A DNA stretch of 64,000 nucleotides from Perkinsus chesapeaki ATCC PRA-425. Its lineage: Eukaryota; Protista; Perkinsozoa. Below the pieces are notes generated by a model. That model worked only from the letters and a program-made list of their open reading frames with translations, had not been told where the DNA came from and searched no databases. This document shows, in pieces, positions 47,557 to 62,099 of the stretch; positions within the stretch are counted from its first letter, which is position 1, and each line of letters starts with the position of its first letter. The stretch is from assembly GCA_013115145.1 (NCBI GenBank), contig JAAPAO010000111.1, positions 10,341 through 74,340 on the forward strand, given 5' to 3'. Made by a program: the position numbers and the translations under genes.

Positions 47557-49800
47557 TTAGCTGCCCCGGTGTTGCCTTGTTTTTCGCCCTTCTGGATCTC
47601 CTGCTCCACCGCGGCGGACTTCTGCTGAATCCAGGAGGCCAACTAACAGACAAATAATCAGTCCGTGTCTCCCACCGAATGCAAACCTACCTGCTGCGGC
47701 TGCATTGTCTCCTCTCTTGGCATCAACAGAGGTAGGAAAGGATTGGCCAGCTGAGGTGCCCAGGCCAGGACCCCGGCCCGGACCTCTGCCGGGCACTCTG
47801 AAACCAAACTGCTATGTGATGACAAGGACCGCTCGGGGGTACCTCCCGATTTTGCTTGCACCAGCCGGCCTATTATGTCGCGGTGAAGCGTCTCGAATGG
47901 CTCATCCTTAAGCTGTAATTCAGGGGAGGCGCTCCCTGTGGACGCGGTCCCTGCTGAGCCAAAAAGGGCCATACAGGAGGAAGGGATCACCACAACAACA
48001 AACTGATAGAAAAAGCGTAAAATAATAACTGCTACTGAAAACTCGAGCAATATAATTTGGTGATAATTTGAAATGGATTTGTGAATCATGTTGTTGACAA
48101 TATTATTGCTGCTACTACAATCACACCTTTGACCTGTTGCATAATCTACCGGGCCGAACTTAACCTGATAAAATACAATCATCAAGCACGCCTTGAGGCT
48201 TGGACGCTTACACAGAACCACCGTCATCGAGGAGGGTAGAGTTGGGGTAGATACTTGTAAGAGGATCGAACATCCCCCAGGCTCCACCAGGGGCTGCCAA
48301 TAACACTATACTGCTGGATTCGTATTCAAGCCTACGATGCTCGGCGAGGAAGCTACGCTGGATGGACGCAGGAGACAGGCCTCTGCTGGAATGAGACTCC
48401 CGACGCTGTTCGCCTATGTACCACTCGGCGCGATCTCGGTTAGTCTCCGAATGTCGTCGGTCACGACCGTCTCCACTATGCTGACTTACCGAGTAAGTTG
48501 GCTCAGCTGTCTGTCCAGCAGATTCATTCGATGACCTTATAACAGTACGTGCGCCACAGCAGGAATACCTCACCGGAACGATCGCTTCCTCAAACCCGGA
48601 TCAGTTATCATCGAGGGAGGAGTCACCACACTTCCTTCTTCCCCTCCCTCATCACCAACATCGATGGCAGGCGACGGGCAACTGCTCCGATTTACCAACA
48701 CGCTCAAGGCACTTCTACCGACCTCATACGTATCTTTGGGCCTCGACCAGCAGATGACAGCCTTGCCCTCTTCTCGATGAGCCTCTCCGACGCCTGTCGC
48801 TGCAATTTAACATACCTGCCGCATTCGAACCATTTCCATCAGAGGCGCTGCCGCCGCCTACTGCTGAGCCAGCTTCCTGTTCTCGACCTCCTTCTGCCGA
48901 TCTCGCCCTCGGTACTGATGAGCCGTTCTCTCCCAGTCGCTGGCAGGAGCAGCGGTGCTTGCCTCCGATCGCTGCGATGAATGCTGGCACCTACTCTCGT
49001 TCCTGCATCGCTCCGCTAAGTCTGTGCCGGAATTCCTTTTCCGATTTCCTCAGTCGAGCCTCCGCCTCCTTAACTTGGTTCGATGCAGCCTCAAGCTTAT
49101 CCGTCAACCGTTTCACCTTCCCTGTCAGCATTTTATTATCCGACTGAATGCGGGCCAACTTTTCCTGAATCCAAGCGTCAGCAATGGAAGAAATAAGTAT
49201 TCTGGCGTGGGCCCTATTTGCATATAGCATTCGCATATAGCTTCCACACCTCAGCAGTGAGGACTACGGAGGCTTTCCTACAAGTACGAATATATATCGA
49301 CACTTCGGTGGGAAGCAGTACAACAGTAAGCTCTGCAGCAAACCTTAACCCAGTGTTCAAGGCGCCTATAGGTTAAAGCTCAACGTATGGTCGAAGCCTG
49401 AAGTCTACCGCAGCTCCCTATCCAACCGACACGCTTCTATAGCCTCGAGCCCTTACTTCACTTTCCCTTCGCCTTCTGTATTCCTGCTCTCTCATCCTTA
49501 ACAAAGAGTCTATTGCCCTCATAATGCTGCCGGTATCATCAAGACTCATCTGTGGCAGGCCGAGCTGATAGCACAACCATCTACCACTCCGACCATCGCC
49601 GCTGCCACTCACTCCCAGCAACATGTGGTTCATACCAGCCATTCGCTCGGTTTCCGTCAGAGCAAGGCCACCCTGAGCCGATGAGGCCTGGCGGCTGCCG
49701 CCCTCATTCCCGTCATCGCCGAATAGCTCATCCAAGGAGCCAAAGCTGAGGTCGATTGATGGTGGCGAATCTGGGCGTCGTTGAAGAGACATACAGTGAA
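47557..49800 (-). CDS. Coiled-coil protein resembling the SSX2IP/ADIP (Msd1) centrosomal family
   Basis: WLCYQLGLPQMSLDDTGSIMRAIDSLLRMREQEYRRRRESE followed by a heptad coiled coil (LARIQSDNKMLTGKVKRLTDKLEAASNQVKEAE), then a low-complexity tail ending at 47557. Confidence 0.5.
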
Positions 49801-49817
49801 CTGCCGTGATGGTAGAA

Positions 49818-51150
49818 TTAGGGTATATATTGAAATACAACCTGCCCCCACATGGCATTAACAACCACATCTGGATCAATTGCGAGTTTCCGCTGATGAC
49901 TCTGAATCAGTATAAAGCATGTCGTGTACACTTTATCTTCGAGCTCCTCCAGTTTCCTCGGGCTACCCAAATCGAGCCTTTGTCGAACTGTCTGGAAGGA
50001 AATATACGCCACGCGAATGCCACTACTTCCTTCGACTATCTCTTCAACGCCTCCCTATGTCCTCACCAATGCTACGATGGAACTCGAGAGCGGCGGTATG
50101 AGAACAGAAACTCAAACAACAACTGCATGCTGCATAAGACTAACGAAGCCGGTTGTTTCGGGTGTAGTGGTAGCACTGAAATATCTTTTGTTGCCGCCAG
50201 CTGGGATGCTTCTTGAACTGCTTACCTGATAGCGCGACGCTGACTTGTACGAAAACTACTTATCTACCAAGTACCAGAGATATAGGGCAGGAGGTACTCG
50301 GGGAACTGTAGTGACCGGGGTGGCGGCTTCGTCAATTTCTGATAGAAAAACCGTAAATTCCCTCGAAACCCTCGAATGATACAGACCTGTTTGTGTGTCG
50401 GATTTGCCGTGCAATCAACTGCCAAAATAGGAGTAGCATGACGGTAGACTCGGTACCTAGGATTCACCTACAACCCCTTCGAAAGGGATTCTCCTACCGG
50501 CATTGATCACATCGCAGTTGCAGGGCTCCTCGGTCTCTTTTGTATCGTACCTATTTACTACTAGCAACAGCTTTAAGAGGCGACTTACTCCCATGAGCGG
50601 TGCCATCAGACCGGTGGCCCCGGATATAGCTCTACCAACATCTTTCGATCGGTGCAATAGTACAAGTGACATGGCAGAAACTTACTGAGACAGAAGGTCC
50701 GCAGAGGAGGGGAGCAACGCTGCGGCGGAAAAGGTAACCAGAAACACTCTTATTGATGAGAACATGAAAGGTATCCCAAGCTAGGCGGGCACCTTCAACA
50801 CTTGGCTGGGAGGAGGACGCCTGTACCTAAGACACACGGTGGATGATACACTGCACTGTCAATAATAGCAATAACAAAGAGAATCTTTAATGAAGAAGAG
50901 ACACCTCACAGCGCAAGATGAAGCCTAACATATTTTTCATGTGGAAAAATAGGCAGCAAATCAAACTTTTATCCGCCTCCACGGCAGCGATATGAGTTCG
51001 GAGCCCTAATAAATCACAAACGCCATTCCCTATCAAGATGACTCATAAATCCTAATACGAAATATGCTCCCAGCGAGAACTAGGATTTACGGTCACGAGA
51101 TGTCCCTTTATGAACACCCTGATCCTGAGTGTCATTGCTACGACGACTAT
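49818..51150 (-). CDS. Multi-exon hypothetical protein
   Basis: Consecutive short GT-AG-bounded exons (YDTKETEEPCNCDVINA; YRVYRHATPILAVDCTANPTHKQ; KLTKPPPRSLQFPEYLLPYIS|GKQFKKHPSWRQQKIFQCYHY) and a terminal exon ...MWGQVVFQYIP*. Confidence 0.55.
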
Positions 51151-51330
51151 TCTAGTAACTTCCAGTCTATTGCACGGATACGAAGTGAAGTTACCATATT
51201 GAAAGATGCAACTAAGAAGCATATATTTTTGACACACCAGATGACTGTACTGCCCGTCAATTCACAACAAGGCGTTGGTGAGTCAGAATGCGTCGCGCTA
51301 TGGGGGGACTAAATTGTATACGACGATGGC

Positions 51331-54300
51331 CTACGATAGAGCATCATCAAACGCACTACCTGACAAAAACACTACACAGAAAAGGTTGAACCTTTTGGCA
51401 ACAACTAGACTGTTACGTGTGCGCTCATACCCCCTTTGGCTTACATTCGCCAAAGCCGAGAGATACTCCGTCCCTCTCACAGCGACCTTTAATAGTAACC
51501 TTATCACCATCTTCGAGGAATACACCTGAATATACGACACTGCCCTTGCCAAAATGGTAGGAATACTATGGCTTACGTTCCCCACTTTTGCCAACTTTGA
51601 TCTTCTTCTGGCCAGCCCAGGAGAGCTCAAGCATGGAGCCGAACGAATCGGGACTAGGGCCTAGAGACCGAACACTCGGCCGAGCTATAGCCAGGGATGT
51701 GAAATGCCCCGTCCAAAACAGAGAAAAAGTATAAGTTCGGGAGCCTGCTGCTGCCAGTGTTTTCGACACAACTTTCGAAGTGCATTTTCTTAGTTTCTAT
51801 TACTGGAGCCCTTCATTAGCATAAAGGCCCCCTTGGCTTTCACCATTATACTACTATAGGTAGTCGCTAGTAGCGAGTCACTACTATAACAATTGTGTAC
51901 ATGAAGCTTTGGTAAATCACAGGTTGTGGTTCTTGAAAAAGTGGCCTGTTTTTACCGTTATTAAGAAAGGAACCGAAGAGCGGCCATCTACTACGCAAGC
52001 GAAAGGGAGACCGGGAATGTAGCGATCTAATGCTCACCACTGATCGTGCCAGAGCCCATGAGATCTCCAGGTCTAACGTTGCAGCCATTAACAGTATGGT
52101 GGACTAGCTGCTGTTCCATCGACCAATACCTTATGGTACAAAGATCATTAAGTTTACAAAGGAACGGTATGGCTACATGTGCTTTAAATTTGACTTGCAT
52201 ATGCGCTCACCATTCAAATCCACAGTAAGATCAATATCGATCTGTGGCTTGGAATCTTCCGAGTGCGCAAGATACCTAATTACCATCTCATCACATAACA
52301 CTAGCGTGTCTACGGTAATGGCTGAGGGACTTGTGCCTTCGTCAAAGGCACCCTAAAGGGCTCCAATGCCTCCCATGTTACAATCCATGGGCTTATAGTC
52401 GTACCTAAAAACATGCCCATGTGTATAGCACTAATAATATATAAAATATGTAGGTATCAAAGTAATTACGATATTAATGACTATATAGTAACCTTAGACA
52501 TAACATTAGTTCAACGACTTGCCACGATTCCACTTCTGCATTCAATACCGCTCCATCTTCACCCCATTCCCTTACATCATGCCTATTGTACTTTCATTTA
52601 GCTATCGTATTTTTCCTACCTATCAAGATTTTCTACATAATTTTTATTTCCTGCTTACGAAAGTTTATAGTTCATGTGAGAAGTCAAACACTCAATGTCG
52701 CCACCCACCATCACCTCACCAAAGTTCTTGCCGAGGAATGGCCCCAATGGAACGTACTCCCATTGTTGTATATCTCTCGATGACCAATCGTTCATCAGTA
52801 CAACCCCGAATATATGCCTGACCACCAACGACCCTACACCGTGAGCAACCTAACCTCACGCTTCCTTACTCGCTGGCCTTGGACAAAGGAATAGACTCTC
52901 CCAGCTGAGTAGCTGAAAAAAGGCGCGCGATACCGGTCTCCTGGGGGTCCGAAAGCGAATGACAGGAATAGCGCATGAAAGAGCCTTACGAAAGCTACAC
53001 TATCCTATCATTTAATGATAAAAAAGTGACACAAAAGAAATTCCAAAAAAGGCTTTTTTGAAATTTCTAGGAAAAATTTTTCCTACAGGCAAAGAGAAGA
53101 AACATAACATAAATTCCCACAGGCAACTTCCAATATTCTTCTATGAGCTCCTGGCATGTAGGCTACATTCACTATCCGCCAGCTGGTGCCAGCAATGAGT
53201 TAATGTCTTCGAGAATTAGGCAATTACCCTTTCCTCCGACAAAAAAGGCCATCTCTAGTTCGATGTCCATTCGAGTACTTGGTCCGAAGGTAGGTGCTGG
53301 GTCATTAGGGCCCTTCCTTTGACCACACGGACGGGTTATAGGAGTACCTGAGAGCCAACTGCGGCAAGAGGGCCTTCTGGAAGACTCAGGATAAAACGTC
53401 CTCATGAAATAGCGCCGCGAACCGGATAACGAGTTAGTCTATATCAACTAACACCACTGGCTGGATGATATATTAACAACCAATACGCCCAGCAATGGTT
53501 ATTATCCAACCTACTTAGTGATGCCCAAAGTATCTTACCACTAACAACAACACTGCTAGCTCTTCCATGATACCCAACAGGAAGATGCTTCCAGTTAGGC
53601 AGTAGAGGCTCCTGACTAGGTCGAAACATCTTACCAACATTAGTAGCATGCTCCTCTGAGGAGTAAAAATCGGTATAGTCGCCGATGTCACCTGATGAGC
53701 AATGAAAGCACGTGTTATCTATCGACAAGTACACCGGCCAAGGAGGCCAGAACTCTCCTGTCAGTATCCCTCACACCCACTGTCACCCCGATACAGTCCC
53801 CATCAAGTACCTAGCGGTCCTAGCCTCCAGCCGAGCCCTACAGTCTATCCATCAGATTTAAACAAAGGCGTTTTCACAGCAGCCAAACGAGAGCTGGAAT
53901 GCCATGAATTTGTGACGATAGCTATTGATTTCCTATTCCGTCTAATGCTTCCTCAATTGCCTCTACTCATCATACAAAGGCAACAACCGGCAGCAAACTC
54001 GCCGCAATCACTTCACTTCCACTCGGTAGTGTAACAACAGCCGAGCTCTACTACTCAATCAGCAACCGACCGCCGCCTTACATGGTAGCAACATCTCCAC
54101 ATTAGACATATCCGTCAGAGCTTCTCCCAAAAGGCCTTCAGTATCGTACTTCAAAGATTCCGGATGATCATCCGAAAGATACCTCTGTATCGTGGCTCTC
54201 ACCTGGACGACCACATCACCACATTCGACAGCGGAGGCAGCATCAGCTTCACTTACCTTGCTCCAGTCCGACTTATCCATTCCCATAAACTCATTCAAAG

Positions 54301-54728
54301 TTGTGTTTCCAAAGCACTCAGGGAGCTTCTTCTTACTTGCCAAGACCTACCCTCCGTAACCATGACCATGACCAACACCCGCCCAAAGGAGCTCCTCAAA
54401 GGCCGCAGGCCGGAGATATAATATCAAGTTTGAGAACATGTTAAAGAAGAAATAACAAACACATCCCCCCTTCGTCAAAATTTTATGCTTTCCACGACTC
54501 CCTGACACCCCCTTTATTACCGATAGATCCAGTATCTTATCTCCAATAGCAGTTCCTAACCGCAAGCCTCCAATACCACACCAGCCCTCCCACCTTACCG
54601 ATCCTAGGCCTTCCTCCCGAAGAGCCTCGAAAAACTCCATAAGGCAAATTGTGTATGGTGAAGTCCGTCGCGAAGACTTCAGGGAAAATGAACTTCGGTA
54701 AGGGCCGCAGTCCCGCAGGTGCTGTCAT
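51331..54728 (-). CDS. FAH: Fumarylacetoacetase; last few codons ambiguous
   Basis: [148 protein letters not shown]...GFGEC. Confidence 0.97.
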
Positions 54729-54839
54729 TATGAAGTACTGGCCCAAGCGTTTATTATACAGACTTAACGCAATACAGCATCAGTAGTATATCGACAATAC
54801 GACAGTGTCATGTAATTAATAACGCCAAGTGGCCGCGCT

Positions 54840-56375
54840 CTACTCATAGTAGCATCCGAATACCATCGCAGTTGCCAATAGGAACCTCTGAAAGGGAGGA
54901 CGAAGTAAAGTGCCATGGCCGGGAATTCGTATGGTCGAAGGAGCCCTGGAGGGGTCAATGAGTGATAAGCCAATGACAGGTTCGCGAGATTCCTGTCGAA
55001 ATTAGGTCCGTGCAAGGATTTCTCTCACTATAAAGATTCGCATACAGTTGTCATCTCAGGAGGGTGCAGTAACAGAGTCAACCAACAAAGATCTGCTCTT
55101 CAAGGCTAACCAGGTGCTCCTAGTTTCAAAATAATGCGAGAAATCCCCGTTGGGAATAAAAGAATGATTCCCTTCACTTCTTTAGGACTAAAATGACCGC
55201 CATACAGTGCGATGAGGGGCATCCTAGTTCCCCTAACCGTTACTCCTATTACGCTCTGGAACGTATACGATGCCCAATTGTCCGTGGAGTCATCCCACAG
55301 GCCTTTACTGCACACTCGAATCCCCTGCCCTTCGTTCTTCGCTATCAGTACTTGTACCTTGAAGAATAAGAGAATTGCCGTAACCAGGAATTGAACCCGC
55401 GTCCCACCATGATCTTATGCCTTGGTATATTACACTCTTCCTTTACTGCATCCTTTATCTCAGCACATAGCTCCAATACCCACTGTTTAGTCTCCTCCTC
55501 ACTCACATACTCACCTAAGATACGCCATAGCAACAACAGCAGCAACGCTACTCGGCAGTGCCACCTTCAAGTGGAACAACTGCTCAAAACTTAGGACACA
55601 CATTCCTAACTTCAGTTTTTTTTCAGAGATATTATCGGACCTCAGGAAACCCCCGAACCGTTTTTTCTGCGAGATTCTGTTATTATTTTCTACTTGGTCG
55701 AATAACCACCCGGCCCCTTCCATAGTGGGATGCAATAACACCATATGATGTACTCCATCACACCGCGGCCCCGCACCCTCAGCCACTCCAAAAGATTACT
55801 ATTGTTCAGATAATAATGACAAAATAAATCACTAAAGTTTCGCATAGCTAACCGTCAAAGTTTGCGTAAAGCTAAGTTGGACGACGACCAATGAACTGCA
55901 TAGATTATTTTTATTTTCATAATACTACTAGTAGTATTATGTCAATACTACGTATTAGTTATATAATAGTATTTATGTTCATAATACTACATAGTACTTA
56001 TTATTTCTCAAGGCATTGTAATTCCTATTTGCCTACTGCCATAACGGACTGTGTATACCCTACCGCATTATTAGCTGAGTACCCCTCATTAGTCTGTATT
56101 AATAAATATCATATGCATTGTGAATAGATTAGATTGTCTATATTAGTAATAGCATAACTCCTCATCCCTGCCTTCTCCCACTTACGGTCCTCTAACTTAG
56201 CCTTCATCGCCCGCTCGCAAACACCTCGAATCGTATTAGGTATAAATCTAACAACAGTCTAATGATGTCAGAAAGGTGCTGCTACTAGGTCATACCGTTG
56301 ATCCTCCTTTGGTTCCATAATATAGCTGTTCTCCCACTCATAAGTCTGTCTCATACCCGCCGGAAGGGCGTCCAT
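54840..56375 (-). CDS. TCTEX1D2: Tctex-1 family dynein light chain (TCTEX1D2-like)
   Basis: Spliced: MDALPAGMRQTYEWENSYIMEPKEDQR|FIPNTIRGVCERAMKAKLEDR|EYVSEEETKQWVLELCAEIKDAVKEECNIPRHKIMV...SKGLWDDSTDNWASYTFQS...ATAMVFGCYYE*. Confidence 0.88.
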
Positions 56376-56469
56376 TATCGTAATAGACTACTGAGAACAA
56401 CAGACATCCCTCAACGACAACAACAATAAGACAACTCAAATTTAACAGGCCAACCTCCACTATTCGACT

Positions 56470-59400
56470 TCACCGGATAATCGCGATCATTTGATGAAGC
56501 CATATATCTGATGGCTCCAGAGAGGCATTAATCGTACAAGTGGTGACAGCCGACACAACCGACACTCCAGTTTGTCCTTTACGATGTGTGCAAGCTACGA
56601 GTGTTATCCTGGATTCCATCATTATACAAAAGACAGGACACGAATTATAGTTCATCCGAAAAGAACCCGAAATCTGGGCTTCGCTCCGCTGCAAAAACTC
56701 AACCCAATTTTAAATTGAAACTAATCAAGTGTTACATATTCGTTTTAGTATACAATACCTTTACGTAGTGTCGCCAGCAGCAGGGATCTCCGTGCAATAC
56801 CTAATGCACTCATCAACCTAAGATACCACTATGCAACTGTACGCATTCCGTAGTGTCTGTTTGCAGCACTTATATCCCCACTTGCCAGAGGCGAGGTCGA
56901 ACCAGCTTCCCCACACGCTACTGTGATTCAGTTCAAGATCGTCCTCTAAGTACTTGGATTTCCGAAGGGCCCTCTCCACGCCTAAGTTGTGGGAAATATG
57001 GTATTATTATTTTCCAAACTCCTACCCTTGGTAACAGAGCCATCAACAGGATCATATTCGACATAAGTCTCTTGCTCAGCATTTAGCACCTAAACCCATG
57101 TACACACATAAAGTCGATTTATGGGCAATCGAGTATGGAGAATCCAATAGGAAAGGAACCCAGCTCGAAATTGGTGTTGCTCGTCGATATTCCTGCCCGT
57201 CCAGACCGCGCATTCCCGAATGTGGCGTACTGTATCCTCAGACAGCAAACTGTCCAACGACATCCCCATGCTACTATTCAGTACTAATAATATACCGTGG
57301 TGTTCTCGGTAACAAAAACAATACGACGATCTTATTACCGCCCTAGGGTACACACGGAGTCACCTAGCCTCTCACAAAAGAGCTCCTCGGGGATAAAAAG
57401 GTGTTCCCATCGCTTATAAGATAGGATGCAAATTTCAGTGGAAAATATGTTCTGCCTAGACTGCTGCCAAAAGGAAGCATCCCATGCATTCCTCCTGGAC
57501 CTAGCATCTCATGTTCCACTATGACTCCCTGCCAAGGGTACATAGCCCATTGGGCTGAGCTCAGCACATCGTAAGGAGTTCTAAGGCACTGTAGAGCTTC
57601 CTAGGGGCGCCTCAGGAAGCCTTAGCAGCTAACAGAATCTTCACCTTCAATAGCACGGAAATCTAGACTCGGTCAGCGTCCTTACATTTTCCGGTATATG
57701 AAGATGCTCCTCGCCGCCGTATTTTTCAATAACCTTTTTCTTCTCGTCACTCTGTACATCCTTCGACCGACTCTTAAACCTAATCCAACCTCATTAGTAT
57801 CTTTCAGTAATTAACCTAGATATTACTCTTTATACATATGCTCCGTCAAGGTAGGATTCGCCACATCATGAATGCTCATTCCTTCCTTATATGCTTCCCT
57901 ACAAAAAGACGAGGAACGTCACAGATCCACCCTCGCAGAAGTCTCTCCTTAGTGCGAAGATAAAACAGAAATTTCAACACTGAATATCTTTCTAGTGCGA
58001 AGATAAAACAGAAACTTCAACACTGAATATCTTTCTAGTGCGAAGATAAAACAGAAACTTCAACACTGAATATCTTTCTAGTGCGAAGATAAAACAGAAA
58101 CTTCAACACTGAATATCTTTCTAGTGCGAAGATAAAACAGAAACTTCAACACTGAATATCTTTCTAGTGCGAAGATAAAACAGAAACTTCAACACTGAAT
58201 ATCTTTCTAGTGCGAAGAGTNNNNNNNNNNNNNNNNNNNNNNNNNNNNNNNNNNNNNNNNNNNNNNNNNNNNNNNNNNNNNNNNNNNNNNNNNNNNNNNN
58301 NNNNNNNNNNNNNNNNCTTCAACACTGAATATCTTTCTAGTGCGAAGATTAAACAGAAACTTCAACACTGAATATCTTTCTAGTGCGAAGCTACAACAGA
58401 AACTTCAACACTGAATATCTTTCTAGTGCGAAGATAAAACAGAAACTTCAACATTGAATATCTTTCTAGTGCGAAGCTACAACAGAAACTTCAACATTGA
58501 ATATCTTTCTAGTGCGAAGCTACAACAGAAACTTCAACATTGAATATCTTTCTAGTGCGAAGCTACAACAGAAACTCCAACATTGAATATCTTTCTAGTG
58601 CGAAGCTACAACAGAAACTTCAACATTGAATATCTTTCTAGTGCGAAGCTACAACAGAAACTTCAACATTGAATATCTTTCTAGTGCGAAGATACAATAG
58701 AAGATATGCTACAAATGAATTAAGCAACAACCCACCATGCAAAAGCTCGCTGCTGTATCATATCCCCGGCCTGCCCCGTTTCCCTCACAAAGTTGTCTCC
58801 AGCGAAGAGAGAGTCACCCGTCTCGCCTAAAACCACCGCACCAAATTGCACCATGCAGTCCTTCAGTCACTTACCCTTGGCGAATGGGTCTTCCCTCATA
58901 CTCCTCGATTTAGGATCATAATACGCTGAGTTTGGATCGAGATTGAGTAGATACCTGCCCCACCACAGACGACATGAATTCATACCGAACTTCCCCCATA
59001 TACCCACGAGGTAATCCTCCCAACTCCTAGCCTCTCTCTTGGCAGCAAACATTATCGAGCCAAGAGTCACTCCCGCAAAATTAGGTCGAACGACTTCCGA
59101 CACAATTTGTTACATTTCTTCACGCGGGAACCTTCGTTTGGAGGCGACTCGTCCAGCTCACAGTGTTGGGACTTCAATAAAATATATATTGAAAGTATCA
59201 CAGTTCTACAGGTAACCGAAATCACTGGAAAGTGGTTTAATCTAAACCACTAAGAAGAAAAAACCTTACTCTGCTACGGGCCAGTTCCTTACTTAGCAGT
59301 ATCTTCTCTAATTCGCAAGTTTCGACTTGTCGTTCTTGTGTTAGTGTCTTTAGCATCAGTCACCGCACCATGTACATCAAAGTCCTTAACTTTAACACCC

Positions 59401-62035
59401 TCTTCCCCAGCCGACTCATCTGATGGAAAAACTGTATAATGATGATGTTCATAACGAATAATAACGTATTATTGAATCCAGAACCTTCACATAGTAATAA
59501 ACTTATCCCCACTTCATTACCCTCTCCCTCCGACTCCGAATCCGTGTCCAACGCCGATTCCGTGTCACTTCCAACTGATACCGCATTTCCATCCTAAACT
59601 CCACATATCCCCCCACCACCACCTCCACAATATCACCTGTCCCGCAGCAGCGAGCTTGGCCTTCTTAGCGCGTTTCTGCTCTATTGCCTCCCGACGCCTC
59701 TGCCTAGCAGCCCTCTTCTCTGCAAGCCGCTGAGCGACTTCTGCTTCAGCCTGATACAACGGTTAAATGTATCGACTACATTTCCCCATTGATAAGATTT
59801 CTGCCCTCACCGAACAGAGTATCGTCAAGTTACTAGGGTATTTCAATCCGAAAATCGAAGCCATATCTCAGCATCAGTCATCTTCTCTCCCAAACGATTG
59901 GCTTCGAAAAAATATTTTTTATGATAGAAAGTACACTGCCTACAGCTGCCAGTTACGGTTCACCCATTTAAACATGTACATTATAAACTAACACGATCAC
60001 TCATTCCTCGTATCGTTGTGTAGGTATGAAATAATAATATGATATGAATTGGATCCAAATGTCATGCGTAAGAATCTTAACAATAATATTACACAGTACT
60101 GCCAGGAGGATACGTTACTAGGGAGTATGATAATATATAGTAATTCGGAGTCCGCGTATTATATAGATAATATATTATCCGAATTATATACAGTAATACC
60201 TGCGTTACACATAGTGTAGGTCCGGCACTAAGCCATCAGAGGCAACAATGCTCGTTTGCTCCCAAAAATGCGAACCCCTGTGCTCCAGCGATTTTTACCT
60301 TCTTCTTCCGAGCCTCTTCAACCTCATCAGCATTCTTAATCACTTCCATATACTCACTAGGGTCATAACTGTCAACAGTAGCTATCAACCTCTAGAATAC
60401 AGTTCCCTATTACCCTCGCCAACGGTCGTGCTTGGCATCATAGTCCATATCAAGGTTCTCTACCTAACACACCAACAACAATAACCTCTGAAACCTAACG
60501 GAAGCTCACATGGAAGTTAACCACACTGGGTGAAAAGTGACTTGTTAATCACTTTTTATTAAAGAAAGTAAATGTCAAATGCGAAAACAAGAAAAACAGG
60601 GAACACTTGGATTCTCTCTTACTGAGGCATTTTCAAAAGAACTGTAACTTATCTATACGCTAACGAGGCACGACCGACGAGATAGGATCAAGTCCCCGCA
60701 ATAAATCCTGGAAGGGGTATGAACCCATAAACAACGCGGAGAGCTTACAAAGTCATCAGATGCCAAATTCCGACCAGTCCACTTGGCGCCTTTCTTCCTT
60801 GGACGCTCAAAACAATCCTTCTTAGTATGAGTAGTAGATCCGCAGTTCTCGCCTAAATCATACCACACTTCCCTCAGATCACGAAGGATGCATGCCCTAC
60901 ATGCCCCCTTTGCAAACTTAGTTTTAATATCTCCTTTGGTTCCTCGAGTGTATCTAAGGTTGGCATCTAACCGGAAAAGGCTTCACCAAAGAAGTTGGTT
61001 TCATGATGTAAAGCATCGACTTATAAAATAAACCTTCAAAATATAATGTCTATACTCATCATAGAGCTATCAATGACTCTGGGTGGCATTGGACTATTGC
61101 GCCGATCATATACACGGAAAAGCACTTCAAAAATCCAAGCAGCATGTCCTTATGAAGAACCTGGCAATCTAGTTACACGATTAATTTCAATGCCCCCTGA
61201 ATACCAATTTTCCGTCAGATATCCAGGAGCCCATACAGTGATGAAGCGAGAGCCAGCCAGAGGTACTACGTGTCCTTTGAATCATGCTGCTTAAGATTCC
61301 AAGCATGTTGATGAGCTAATGAAGGCCCTTGATTCTGCTCTAGGTACCTTAAAGATACTCTCCATTTCTACACTACAGGATGGAGCCTCACCATGGGGCT
61401 TTGGTAATGAACTGAGGGTTGTGCGGATTTATCATTTTCCCTGTATTAACATCCACTTCTGCATCTGCCGTACCTACAAGCAACGCAGCTTCAAACGATG
61501 GTTATAGGATCTTAAGCTGATGCACTTCCCTTATCAAATGTCCCAGGCAACTTGTCCCAGGCAAGTACTAAGAATATACATTTGGATCCTCCATGTAACC
61601 CTTAAGACGCTAAAAAATTCAACCCGCCAAATCAAATTCACTCGGAGAGGAGAATGCAACCGAACACTCACCCACATGTGGTGAGGGAAAATTTCGAGAA
61701 AAATCTTGCCGCGTTTGATAACCGTTATCAAACGCAGCCAGAGCTTTACGTTATTAAATAACGTCTGCTCCTCAGCCGTGTGTAAATTCATAAAGGGAAT
61801 ATTATCGGTGAACAGAGAGAAGTTGAAAACATCATTTGCCCAGTATGCGTGATATTTATATTAGTATGCACCTTTAGATACTGTATACACTGATAAAGCG
61901 TCTACTACCGGCCATCCTTGCTTCCTGTAGCTGCTTTTCCCTTCTAAAATCGTCCATTCCTTTAAATCCCTCAATAGACGGTGTAGCATTGGCCCCAGTG
62001 GCTGGAGGCCCTCCGTCTCCTTTGGGTGAAGACAT
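56470..62035 (-). CDS. SLU7: Pre-mRNA splicing factor SLU7; 3' end approximate
   Basis: MSSPKGDGG...[13 protein letters not shown]|...[15 protein letters not shown]|YLEQ, zinc knuckle C|[35 protein letters not shown]|[36 protein letters not shown] and [22 protein letters not shown]. Confidence 0.96.
57951..58692. repeat. 43-bp tandem minisatellite inside a SLU7 intron, interrupted by an assembly gap
   Basis: Unit agtgcgaagataaaacagaaacttcaacactgaatatctttct (starts at 57951, 57994, ...). It lies between exon ...QRAFAW (donor about 58735) and exon EAYKEG (acceptor about 57902). Confidence 0.95.
58221..58316. other. Assembly gap (N run)
   Basis: Run of N inside the 43-bp array. Confidence 1.
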
Positions 62036-62099
62036 TATTGAGAGCAACTATAGTAAGATGAGACAGGTGATTCATTGAGTTCGAAAGATATTTTTGCAA

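Noticed and set aside
55825-55880. Duplicated alternative terminal mini-exons of SLU7 (after 'KAKLEDP')
   Set aside because: The upstream exon actually belongs to the Tctex-1 gene (…KAKLEDR|EYVSEE); this stretch is inside a Tctex-1 intron.
57951-58692. CRISPR array
   Set aside because: No spacers; it is an intronic minisatellite with point variants only.
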